Assembly: GCA_015069485.1 (NCBI GenBank)
Contig: SVIM01000004.1
Location: 4,385 to 68,384, forward strand
Length of the DNA stretch: 64,000 bases
Direction of reading: 5' to 3'
From: Clostridiales bacterium
Lineage (GTDB): Bacteria > Bacillota > Clostridia > Christensenellales > Borkfalkiaceae
The notes below the pieces were generated by a model. It saw only the letters and a program-made list of their open reading frames with translations, was not told where the DNA came from and did no database searches. How positions within the stretch are numbered: the first letter of the stretch is position 1; every line of letters starts with the position of its first letter. Below are positions 26,053 to 34,178 of the stretch, piece after piece. The position numbers were made by a program, and so were the translations under genes.

Positions 26053-26970
26053 ATGAAATACCAAGTAATGATAAAAATTTTAATGCTACTGCTTGCAAGA
26101 AAAAAGGTTACTGCGGTGGAAATTGCTGAAAAATACGAAATTTCGGTTAGAAGCGTTTATCGATACGTAGAAGAGCTTTGCGTTGCAGGTATTCCCATTG
26201 ACGTTGCGCGCGGACGCTACGGTGGGCTTAGTATTGCCGATACCTTCAAACTGCCCGTAGGGTATTTTACTAAAGAAGAATATAATTCTACGGTAAACGC
26301 TTTAAACGCTATGCTTTCGCAGGTTAACGACCAGCACGCTTATCTTGCTTTAGAAAAATTGCAAAGGCAAATTAAAAACGAAAGGAGAGACCTTTCGGTT
26401 AGCGGAAATATTATAATTGACGGTGGCGCGTGGTGCGAAGGAAAAAGGTTTAGCGACAAGATGAGCGTTTGCGAAAAGGCGGTTAACGAAAGCTTACAGC
26501 TTTGCATTGATTATATTTCGAGAAGTGGCGAGCATAGCAAACGATATATTGACCCGCACGTTTTAATTTTTAAAGGCAACGTATGGTACGTTTACGCCTT
26601 TTGCCATAACAAGCAGGATTTTAGAACCTTTAAAATAGGTAGAATTAAGGACGCGAGATTTACGGGAGTTGGCTTTGTTAAAAAGAAGCTTATGCGTGAG
26701 GACATACCGTTAAGCTTTGCAAAGGATACCGCTAACAGCATTGATATTGTTTTAGAAATATCTCGCTCTGCCTTACCCGACGTTGAGGAGTGGCTTGGCG
26801 TTGACGAGGTTGAGCCGAGAAGAAACGGCTTTTATGCAGAAATTAATTTGCCGTTAGACAACGGGCTTGTAAACAAAATATTGAGCTTTGGGGGTGGAGT
26901 TAAGGTTGTTTCGCCCGAAAGCTTAAAGGCGCAGGTTAAGGAGGCAGCTTTAAAAATATTGCAGGATTAA
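26053..26970 (+). CDS. YafY-type HTH plus WYL domain transcriptional regulator
   Basis: N-terminal HTH: KVTAVEIAEKYEISVRSVYRYVEEL. WYL-domain core: RYIDPHVLIFKGNVWYVYAFCHNKQDFRTFKIGRI. I chose ATG 26053 (GGTG upstream) over the track start 26038. Confidence 0.85.
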   Translation: MKYQVMIKILMLLLARKKVTAVEIAEKYEISVRSVYRYVEELCVAGIPIDVARGRYGGLSIADTFKLPVGYFTKEEYNSTVNALNAMLSQVNDQHAYLALEKLQRQIKNERRDLSVSGNIIIDGGAWCEGKRFSDKMSVCEKAVNESLQLCIDYISRSGEHSKRYIDPHVLIFKGNVWYVYAFCHNKQDFRTFKIGRIKDARFTGVGFVKKKLMREDIPLSFAKDTANSIDIVLEISRSALPDVEEWLGVDEVEPRRNGFYAEINLPLDNGLVNKILSFGGGVKVVSPESLKAQVKEAALKILQD

Positions 26971-27005
26971 TGGAATTTACTTATTAAATGCTTTTAAAAT
27001 ATTTG

Positions 27006-27050
27006 GGGCGGGCGGAGCAAATGTATGCTCCGCCCGCCCTTAATTTTTTT
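27006..27050 (+). terminator. Rho-independent terminator after the WYL regulator
   Basis: GGGCGGGCGGAGC (27006-27018) pairs with GCTCCGCCCGCCC (27027-27039). TTAATTTTTTT follows. Confidence 0.8.
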
Positions 27051-27090
27051 GATTTTTATTGAATAGCGTTCAAATTTGAATAATATGAGC

Positions 27091-27125
27091 AAAAAAACTG
27101 CAGTAATTTTATGTTACCGCAGTTT
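27091..27125 (-). terminator. Terminator after the aldose-epimerase-family gene
   Basis: On the minus strand: CTGCGGTAA-cataaaa-TTACTGCAG (one mismatch), followed by TTTTTTT. Confidence 0.55.
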
Positions 27126-27130
27126 TTAAA

Positions 27131-27958
27131 TTAGTTTTTATTAATTTTTAAAGTATAGAAATATTCTACGCCATTTTCGTTTGCAAGGTTTATAAAGGGC
27201 TTTAATGTAATTTCGCGAGGAGCGCCGTCAAAATCGTTTATGCCCCACCACGGCTCTACGCAAACGTAATCACCGCCGTCCTCGTGCGACCAAAATGCAA
27301 CTACCGGACAGTCTGATTTAAAGGTGTAGGTATATCCGTCTTGTGTATGAGCGTAGATTTCCCCACCTGTAAGCGAGCCTAATTGAAAGGTTTTGCACTC
27401 TTTAAAAAATTCCTTGTCGGCAACGAAGCGTTGCAAGTTTTGCAAAGGAATTGCGTCGGCTGAATTTATAGGATAAATTATGGGGTTTTCAGTATTTTCA
27501 AATTCAATAACCGCACTACCGCCGGGTGCTTTTAAGCCGGGGTGACCGCCAAGGTAGAAGGGAATTTTACCCTGCTTTGACGCTACAAAATAGCTAACCT
27601 TTAAGGTATCGTCAAAAAGCTCGTAGGTTATTGCAAAATTAAATTCGTAAGGGTAGGTTTTTAAGGTTTCTTCGCTACTTTCTAATGCTAACTTAATTTT
27701 ACTTGCAGTTTTTTCTGCAACGGTCAAAACGGAATAGCGCACTACCCCGTGCGACTTGGGCGCGTATTCTTTTCCGCAAGACTTGTAGGGGTTGGCGTGC
27801 CCGATTATAGGAAAAATTACCACATCCCTACTCTTCCAAAATTCTTCGCCTTGCCACAATCTTTCTTCTCCCGTTTTTTTGTCGATAAGCGAAACTATAG
27901 TTCCACCTTCACAAGTTACGGTAAGCTGTAAAAATTCGTTTTCAATAATATGTATCAT
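27131..27958 (-). CDS. Aldose 1-epimerase family protein (LacX-like)
   Basis: I prefer ATG 27958 (MIHIIENEFLQLTV) with GGGGG upstream. The sequence ...LWQGEEFWKSRDVVIFPIIGH...YPYEFNFAITYEL...GGHPGLKAP fits the mutarotase-like fold family. Confidence 0.75.
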   Translation of the reverse strand: MIHIIENEFLQLTVTCEGGTIVSLIDKKTGEERLWQGEEFWKSRDVVIFPIIGHANPYKSCGKEYAPKSHGVVRYSVLTVAEKTASKIKLALESSEETLKTYPYEFNFAITYELFDDTLKVSYFVASKQGKIPFYLGGHPGLKAPGGSAVIEFENTENPIIYPINSADAIPLQNLQRFVADKEFFKECKTFQLGSLTGGEIYAHTQDGYTYTFKSDCPVVAFWSHEDGGDYVCVEPWWGINDFDGAPREITLKPFINLANENGVEYFYTLKINKN

Positions 27959-28077
27959 ATTTCCCCCTTTTAACTTTTTATTATTAGCCAAAAGCAGTTA
28001 AGCGGTACGCTTACCTTGATATACTGTCGGCTTGTAAACCGCTACGGCTATTAAGATATTACGGTTAAGCGGTACGC

Positions 28078-28416
28078 TTACCAAGGCAAAATTTCGCCAC
28101 CCATAATATGAATATGAACGTGGAAAACCGTTTGCCCTGCGCTTTCGCCCTGATTTATAATTAAGCGGTAGCCGTTTTCGCAACCGTTTTCTTTTGCGAT
28201 TTGCGGAATTTTTTTAAGCATATATGCGATTAATTCTGTCTGCTCGCCATCCATACCGTCAAGGTAAGGGAAATGGTTTTTAGCGATTGCTAAAAGGTGC
28301 ACCTTTGCCTTGGGTTGAATATCTTTAAAAACGAGCATTTTTTCATCCTCGTAAACCTTTGCCGAAGGGATTTCACCCTTAATTATTTTACAAAATATGC
28401 AATTATTATCTAACAT
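28078..28416 (-). CDS. HIT family (histidine triad) protein
   Basis: 112 aa. It contains CIFCKII and the histidine triad HVHIHIMGG. Confidence 0.9.
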   Translation of the reverse strand: MLDNNCIFCKIIKGEIPSAKVYEDEKMLVFKDIQPKAKVHLLAIAKNHFPYLDGMDGEQTELIAYMLKKIPQIAKENGCENGYRLIINQGESAGQTVFHVHIHIMGGEILPW

Positions 28417-28502
28417 AACTTTCTCCTTAAAAACAAATATATTTACCTTTAATTTTGTTTTTTATGCGCACTTTTTCGCTCTTAAATTTTTTAAAGGCGC
28501 AA

Positions 28503-29726
28503 CTATATTAGCGTTGCAATAGCGCCATCTTTATATAATTGGGTGGCAACTATGTTGCAAATACTGCCGGATTGAATTATATTTTTTGCGTAAATTTTTA
28601 TATAATTTTGGCTGTATCCCCAGCTGTATTCGCCATCAGTTTCTTCGAAAATAACCGAAAGATTTTTACCTAAAAAGCTTTTAATATACCTCTCTTCCGC
28701 GGCTTTGGCAACGGATAAAAGCTTATGCAATCGCTCGCTTTTAATTTTAGCGTCAATATCCTTTAATTTAAACGCCACCGTTCCTTCCCTTGGCGAAAAA
28801 GCAAACGCGTGCACGCGGGCAAAACCTACCTCGTCGATTATAGATAGGCTTTGGTTAAAATCCTCTTCCGTTTCTCCGCAAAAGCCTGCAATAATATCGG
28901 TAGTAATTGCCGCGTCGGGGAAAAATCGATAAATTAATTTGCACTTTTCAATATATTCTTCACGGGTGTATTTACGGTTCATTGCCCTTAAAGTATTGCT
29001 AGAGCCACTTTGTAGCGAAAGGTGAAATTGGGGGGCGAAATCGGGCAAGCTTTTAAGCGCTTTTAAAAATTGGGGCGATACTATGCGGCATTCAATGCTA
29101 CCCAAGCGCACCCTTTTGTTTACTTTATTAAGGGCAAGAATAAGGTCGGTTAAGGTTTCTTCCCCCTGCGACCACGCCGAAATGTTAATGCCCGTTAAAA
29201 CCACTTCTGGGCAATTCGTCGCCGTAATTTCTTCTAAAATATCTTCTTTTGTTCTGCTTTGCACCCTACCCCTTAAATAGGGAATTATGCAATAGGAGCA
29301 AAAGTTGTTGCAACCGTCTTCTATTTTTATAAACGCCCTTGTTTTAACCTGTTTAGGAAAGGGCAAGGAGGAATATTGCTTTTGCATAAGCCCGAATTTT
29401 TGTGCTACCGCCAAAAGCACCTGCTCCTTTTTGTTTGCGCCACAAATAAAGGTTACGCCCTGCTTGTTAAACTGCTCGCTGTTTTTTTGCGACGCGCACC
29501 CACACACGAAAATTTGCGCTTCGCTATTAAATTTTTTTACCCTTGCGATTAATTGTCGGCTCTTTTTTTCCGCCTCTTTAGTAACGGCGCAGGTGTTTAA
29601 AACGAATATATCTGCGGGGGAAAGCTTGTCGGAAACGGTAAAGCCCATATCCTCCAACGCCGCCATAATGGAAGCCGATTCTACTTCGTTAACCTTACAG
29701 CCAAGGGTAAATACTACTGCCTTCAT
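28503..29726 (-). CDS. mtaB: tRNA (N6-threonylcarbamoyladenosine) methylthiotransferase MtaB (radical SAM MTTase)
   Basis: Radical SAM motif CNNFCSYCIIPYLRG and an N-terminal MTTase domain. The gene order prmA-rsmE-mtaB matches Bacillus yqeT-yqeU-yqeV. Confidence 0.88.
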   Translation of the reverse strand: MKAVVFTLGCKVNEVESASIMAALEDMGFTVSDKLSPADIFVLNTCAVTKEAEKKSRQLIARVKKFNSEAQIFVCGCASQKNSEQFNKQGVTFICGANKKEQVLLAVAQKFGLMQKQYSSLPFPKQVKTRAFIKIEDGCNNFCSYCIIPYLRGRVQSRTKEDILEEITATNCPEVVLTGINISAWSQGEETLTDLILALNKVNKRVRLGSIECRIVSPQFLKALKSLPDFAPQFHLSLQSGSSNTLRAMNRKYTREEYIEKCKLIYRFFPDAAITTDIIAGFCGETEEDFNQSLSIIDEVGFARVHAFAFSPREGTVAFKLKDIDAKIKSERLHKLLSVAKAAEERYIKSFLGKNLSVIFEETDGEYSWGYSQNYIKIYAKNIIQSGSICNIVATQLYKDGAIATLI

Positions 29727-30454
29727 TTAAGCTCTCCCAGCGCGAACATAACCAGCGAGCAAGTGGCTATTGCCGCAGTTTCGGCGCGGAGTATGCGCTT
29801 GCCAAGCGTTATTCCGTCAAAGCCGTAACCGTTTTTTGCAAGCAAAAATTCTTCTTCACAAAAACCGCCTTCGCTACCTACGACTATTGCCGTAGAGCCG
29901 TTAAGTACGGAAATATCCGTATCGGAAGAGGTTGCAAATTCGCAAGCAAAAAGCTTGTTATTATAATCTTGCGCCGACTTTAACGCTTCGTCGAATTTAT
30001 TAAAGTATTCCACCTTGGGCGCAACCTGCCTTAGGCATTGCTTTGCCGCTTCCTTGGCAACCTTATTTAAGCGTTCAAGCTTGTTTTCGTTCATATAAGC
30101 AGAGCAATATTTAGAATTAAATACGCCTATTTTATGCACGCCAAGCTCGGTAGCCTTTTGCACGACGAGCTCGGTTTTATCGCCCTTTAACGCACCGCAT
30201 AAAAGGTAAACTTCAGTCAACGCCTCGCGCGAGGTTTCGTTTACCCCCACAATATGCGCCAACAAACGCTTTTTTTCGATTTTTGCAACTATGGCGGAAA
30301 ACTCTTTACCGCTATTATCTAACAAAACTATTTCTGCGCCTTCTTCAAGCCTTAAAACGGTTTTTGCGTGGGTAAATTCTTCCCCTTCTAAAAAGATCTC
30401 GCAATTATCGGGGTATTCAATTTTGTCTATAAAAAATCTTTTAGGGGCACTCAT
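29723..30454 (-). CDS. rsmE: 16S rRNA (uracil1498-N3)-methyltransferase RsmE
   Basis: 243 aa. It has an N-terminal PUA-like region and a C-terminal SPOUT-type region (IVVGSEGGF..E). Its ends overlap prmA and mtaB by 4 nt each. Confidence 0.88.
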   Translation of the reverse strand: MSAPKRFFIDKIEYPDNCEIFLEGEEFTHAKTVLRLEEGAEIVLLDNSGKEFSAIVAKIEKKRLLAHIVGVNETSREALTEVYLLCGALKGDKTELVVQKATELGVHKIGVFNSKYCSAYMNENKLERLNKVAKEAAKQCLRQVAPKVEYFNKFDEALKSAQDYNNKLFACEFATSSDTDISVLNGSTAIVVGSEGGFCEEEFLLAKNGYGFDGITLGKRILRAETAAIATCSLVMFALGELK

Positions 30455-31398
30455 AAACTTTTAAACGCCAAGGCGTACCATTCTCCCTTTTTTACCTGTT
30501 TATCTAAAGTTAAGTCTTGCTCGCCATACGCTTTTAAAACTAAATCTAATTTACTTTCGATAATACCGCTTAAAATTAGCGTTCCGCCCTTTTTTAAATT
30601 TTTAGGAATAGAGGGCGCAAGCATTTGCAAAATGTCTGCAGTTATATTTGCAAGCATAATATCGCCACAAACCTCGCTATTATCTAAAAGATTAGAGTGG
30701 GCAACCGTAACCTTTTGCGCAACGCCGTTTAGGTCGCAGTTGTGCTTGGCGCTTTCTACTGCAACGTAGTCAATATCAGTTAAATAAGCGTACTTTGCGC
30801 CAAGCTTAACGGCAGATATGCCCAAAATACCGCTTCCACAGCCAACGTCTATGCACACGCTTTTATCGGTTAAATATTCCTGCAAAAGCTCTAAGCACAT
30901 AGAGGTCGTTTCGTGCTCGCCCGTGCCGAACGCCATATTAGAATCAAGCTTTACAATCTCTTCAAAGTCCTGCTTTTCGTAAGCAATCCACTCGGGCACG
31001 ACTACGATTTTACTGCCGATATGCAAGGGACGGAAGTGCTTTTTCCAAATTTCAATCCAGTCGTCCCCTTCGATTTCACGCTTGGTCATCTCTAACGAGC
31101 CAAGGGGCATACAGCCACCGCAGTTTGCTTGCATCTCTTCTATATCCTGTCTAATTTTAGGTATCGTTTCGTCAGCAATATCGGTTGCGACGAAAGCCTT
31201 TACCATAACGTCGCCCGAAAGATCGGCAGTTAATTCATCGTCCATATAATCCCAATACATCACCTTATTTTCTTGTAAGGCGATTACGTCCTTTACGTCG
31301 GAAATAGCCACGCCGTAATTGGTATAGCGCCACATAATATCGGCAATAAGCTCGCTACCTTCGGTTGAAGTATGTACTGTAAGTTCAATAAATTTCAT
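30451..31398 (-). CDS. prmA: Ribosomal protein L11 methyltransferase PrmA
   Basis: 315 aa. It shows PrmA N-terminal features and the SAM motif IDVGCGSGILGI. Confidence 0.92.
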   Translation of the reverse strand: MKFIELTVHTSTEGSELIADIMWRYTNYGVAISDVKDVIALQENKVMYWDYMDDELTADLSGDVMVKAFVATDIADETIPKIRQDIEEMQANCGGCMPLGSLEMTKREIEGDDWIEIWKKHFRPLHIGSKIVVVPEWIAYEKQDFEEIVKLDSNMAFGTGEHETTSMCLELLQEYLTDKSVCIDVGCGSGILGISAVKLGAKYAYLTDIDYVAVESAKHNCDLNGVAQKVTVAHSNLLDNSEVCGDIMLANITADILQMLAPSIPKNLKKGGTLILSGIIESKLDLVLKAYGEQDLTLDKQVKKGEWYALAFKSL

Positions 31399-31484
31399 AA
31401 ATATTTCCTTAAAAAGTTTTTACCCTTTTATTTTAACACACTAAAACGGCGTTTGCAAGTAAAAAATATAAATAGGCTTGTAAG

Positions 31485-31531
31485 TAATAAATATCGCCCG
31501 AGGGCATCTTAAAAAAATTGCCCTCGGGCGA
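31485..31531 (-). terminator. Terminator after the TrxR-like gene
   Basis: 13-bp stem: TCGCCCGAGGGCA (31494-31506) pairs with TGCCCTCGGGCGA (31519-31531). On the minus strand it is followed by TATTTATTAC. Confidence 0.55.
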
Positions 31532-31547
31532 AAATACAAAGCGGAAT

Positions 31548-32402
31548 TTATGCTTTTGTAGCTAAAAATTCTATTACGGAGTGCGCGGCAACGTTGCCTT
31601 CGCCTATAGCCTTTGCGTATTGATAGGGCATACCCGTACAGTCGCCCGCCGCAAACACGCCCGAAATATTGGTTGCTTGCTTACGGTTTACCATTATATG
31701 CCCTTGCTCGTTTACGGCAAGCCCACTCATAAGCGTAGTTGGAGAAACCGAGCCCTTTAAAATAAACATACCGTCCACCTCGGCAACTCCGTCCTTAAAA
31801 ATAATTTTGTTAAGGCGCAAACCGCCTTCAAGCCTTTTGGGCTTTTGCAAAACTATTTTTACGTTTGTTGCCTGCACGTCAAAATCCTTATAAAGGGGCA
31901 TAACATACGCAAATTTTGCAAGCGAGCACAAATATTCAAGCTCGTGCTCAAAGCGTTTTTCCGTGCATAATATACCTATGGTTTTGCCCTTATACAAATT
32001 TCCGTCGCAGGTTGCGCAATAGCTTACGCCCCTACCTAAAAGCTCAAGCTCGCCTTCTATCGGCTTTGCCGTTTCTACGCCCGTACATATAATAACGCTT
32101 TTTGCGTCGTACTGATTATCGTTTGCTATAAGGGTAAATTTTTCGCCTAAATCGTAAACGCCAGTAACCACCTCGTCACAAATTTCAAGCCCCATACGCT
32201 CGGCGTGGTGCATAAACGCAAAGTTTAGCTGAGCGCCCGTAACCTCGGGTAGCCCTAAATAGTTTAAAACGAGCTCTGCCCTATCAACCTTTTTAGAGCC
32301 CCTTGCGCTGCCAAACCAAATTATTTTTTTATTGTGAATTTTTAAGTTTATTGCCGCGGAAACGCCTGCCGGCCCCGTACCTATTATAGCTGCGTCGTAC
32401 AT
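31548..32402 (-). CDS. Thioredoxin-reductase-like flavoprotein that lacks the NADPH-binding glycine motif (FFTR/DDOR-like)
   Basis: FAD motif IIGTGPAG, redox-active CATCDG, and GDCTG are present. Where NTRs carry VIGGGNSAxEEA and HRRxxxR, this protein has TIGILCTEKRFEHELEYL. Confidence 0.8.
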   Translation of the reverse strand: MYDAAIIGTGPAGVSAAINLKIHNKKIIWFGSARGSKKVDRAELVLNYLGLPEVTGAQLNFAFMHHAERMGLEICDEVVTGVYDLGEKFTLIANDNQYDAKSVIICTGVETAKPIEGELELLGRGVSYCATCDGNLYKGKTIGILCTEKRFEHELEYLCSLAKFAYVMPLYKDFDVQATNVKIVLQKPKRLEGGLRLNKIIFKDGVAEVDGMFILKGSVSPTTLMSGLAVNEQGHIMVNRKQATNISGVFAAGDCTGMPYQYAKAIGEGNVAAHSVIEFLATKA

Positions 32403-32472
32403 ACACTCTCCTACTATTATTATATCCGCGTCAAAATTTATAAAACGCGGATATTTTTGTTAAAAATTATAT

Positions 32473-32498
32473 TAATTGAGCCATATATGGGGGTTAAT
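32473..32498 (+). repeat. Copy of the recurrent AT-core palindrome element; overlaps the hydrogenase stop codon
   Basis: TAATTGAGCCATATATGGGGGTTAAT. The hydA-like stop (32494-32496) lies inside GGTTAAT. The hairpin ATATCCGCGT/ACGCGGATAT at 32422-32454 is adjacent. Confidence 0.55.
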
Positions 32499-34008
32499 CC
32501 ATTTTTGTTAAGCGTTCGGCAACCTCTAACAAGTCGTTTGAAGGAAGCTTAGGCTCGCTGTTTTTTACAACCTGACCTACTAAAATTTTAGCCTTTTCGG
32601 GGGGGATAATCGTGCCTACGCCGGCAACGCATCCACCGAGACAGCCCATACCTTCTATCATGCTTCCGTTAAGCTTGCCCGCCTTTGCGAGATTAAGCAT
32701 CATTTTGCAATCTGAAAGCCCTTCGGCGTGATGAATAGTAACGGTCGTTTCGGGGTAGAATTCGTTTATTGCACAGCGTATTGCCTCGGCTACGCCACCT
32801 GCCACGGCATAACCTCTGCCTGCGCCTGAAGCGTTAGTGTTTACGACGGATTCTTCTAATCCTTCCAAATCAATTTCCTTTGCGTCAAAAATTCCGGCAA
32901 GCTCTTCAAAGGTTATAACGAAGTCCACGTGGCTTCTTACCGCCTTTCTGGAGGCTTCTAATTTTTTAGCGGCGCAAGGACCGATAAACACTACCCTCGC
33001 TTCGGGAACTTCTTCCTTAATTTTACGCGCCGTTGCAACCATAGGCGTAAGCTCGCTTGAAACCTCGGATGCTATCGTGGGGAACTGCGATTTTATAAGC
33101 GAAGCCCAAGCAGGGCAGCAGCTTGTAAGCAAGAAGGGCATTTTACCCGTTTTTACGGTGTTTACGTAATGGTGTGCTTCTGCAATACAGCCCATGTCTG
33201 CGCCTTCGGCTACCTCGTACATATCGGCAAAGCCAAGCTTTAAAAGTGCAGTTTTTATTTTGCCCAAGTTAACCTTTACGCCAAACTGACCTGCTATTGC
33301 AGGAGCAACTGCGGCAATTACCTTATCGCCCTTTTTAATTGCCTGAATAAGCTGGAATATTTGCGATTTATCGGCAATAGCGCCAAAGGGACAAGCCGAC
33401 ATACATTGACCGCAAGCAACGCATTTATCGTTGTCTATGCTCGCCCTGCCAAATTCGTCTGTGGATATGGCCTTTATACCACACGCGCTTGCGCAAGGGC
33501 GAACCTTATGAGCAATAGCGTCGTAAGGGCAAGCCGCTTTGCACTTTCCGCATTTTATACATTTTTCCTTATCGATAAACGACTTGCCGTTTACCACCGA
33601 AATTGCGCCTTTAGGACAAGCCTTTATGCAATAGTGAGCAACGCAGTTACGGCATTGATTAGTAACCTCGTACTCGTTTTCAGGGCACTTGTCGCACGCA
33701 GAGGGAATAACCTGCATTAAAGGCGGTTCGTAATACTTATCGGAAACGTTGCTTTTCGTTACGCCCGAGGTTATATGAACTGGCTTATTTGCAGGACGAA
33801 GGGAAAGCCCCATTGCAAGGCGCACCCTTTCTGCCGCTATTTGCCTTTCTCTATAAATACTTTCCCTATATTTAGGCTCTTCGTCGGGAGTTATAGTGTA
33901 TGGAATTGCTTCTATATCGCTTTTTATATCCTTTGACTTGTAAGCAACCCTTGCAACTTCAGCAAAAATTTTTCTTCTTATTTCCGTTACGACACTTTGT
34001 GATTTCAT
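32494..34008 (-). CDS. [FeFe]-hydrogenase catalytic-subunit-like protein with an N-terminal multi-[4Fe-4S] region
   Basis: H-cluster motifs: LTSCCPAW, GPCAAKKLE, EGMGCLGGCVAGVG. N-terminal ferredoxin motifs: CIKCGKCKAACP, CVACGQCMSACP. I prefer ATG 34008 (MKSQSVV) with GAGG 6 nt upstream, over the track start 34062. Confidence 0.85.
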   Translation of the reverse strand: MKSQSVVTEIRRKIFAEVARVAYKSKDIKSDIEAIPYTITPDEEPKYRESIYRERQIAAERVRLAMGLSLRPANKPVHITSGVTKSNVSDKYYEPPLMQVIPSACDKCPENEYEVTNQCRNCVAHYCIKACPKGAISVVNGKSFIDKEKCIKCGKCKAACPYDAIAHKVRPCASACGIKAISTDEFGRASIDNDKCVACGQCMSACPFGAIADKSQIFQLIQAIKKGDKVIAAVAPAIAGQFGVKVNLGKIKTALLKLGFADMYEVAEGADMGCIAEAHHYVNTVKTGKMPFLLTSCCPAWASLIKSQFPTIASEVSSELTPMVATARKIKEEVPEARVVFIGPCAAKKLEASRKAVRSHVDFVITFEELAGIFDAKEIDLEGLEESVVNTNASGAGRGYAVAGGVAEAIRCAINEFYPETTVTIHHAEGLSDCKMMLNLAKAGKLNGSMIEGMGCLGGCVAGVGTIIPPEKAKILVGQVVKNSEPKLPSNDLLEVAERLTKMD

Positions 34009-34122
34009 AAAAAACCTCACTAAATTCACACACATTATAGCACACTTTATTTTTTGTTGCAATAGTAAAGCTATAAATTTTTAATTAATATATTTTTATT
34101 GATTACAACCGTGCAAATTTAA

Positions 34123-34151
34123 ATGACAAAGCTTGGCTTCAATGATATAAT
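34123..34151 (+). promoter_or_regulatory. Promoter for the CDF transporter gene
   Basis: ATGACA (34123-34128), 17 nt, TATAAT (34146-34151). Confidence 0.45.
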
Positions 34152-34178
34152 AACACTATAACCTTAAAGGATTTTTTT

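Noticed and set aside
25709-27991. A defence island around the WYL regulator
   Set aside because: The neighbouring genes are an ABC transporter, an aldose-epimerase-family gene and a HIT gene. There are no nuclease, helicase, methyltransferase, Cas, toxin-antitoxin or integrase genes, so I make no defence-system call.
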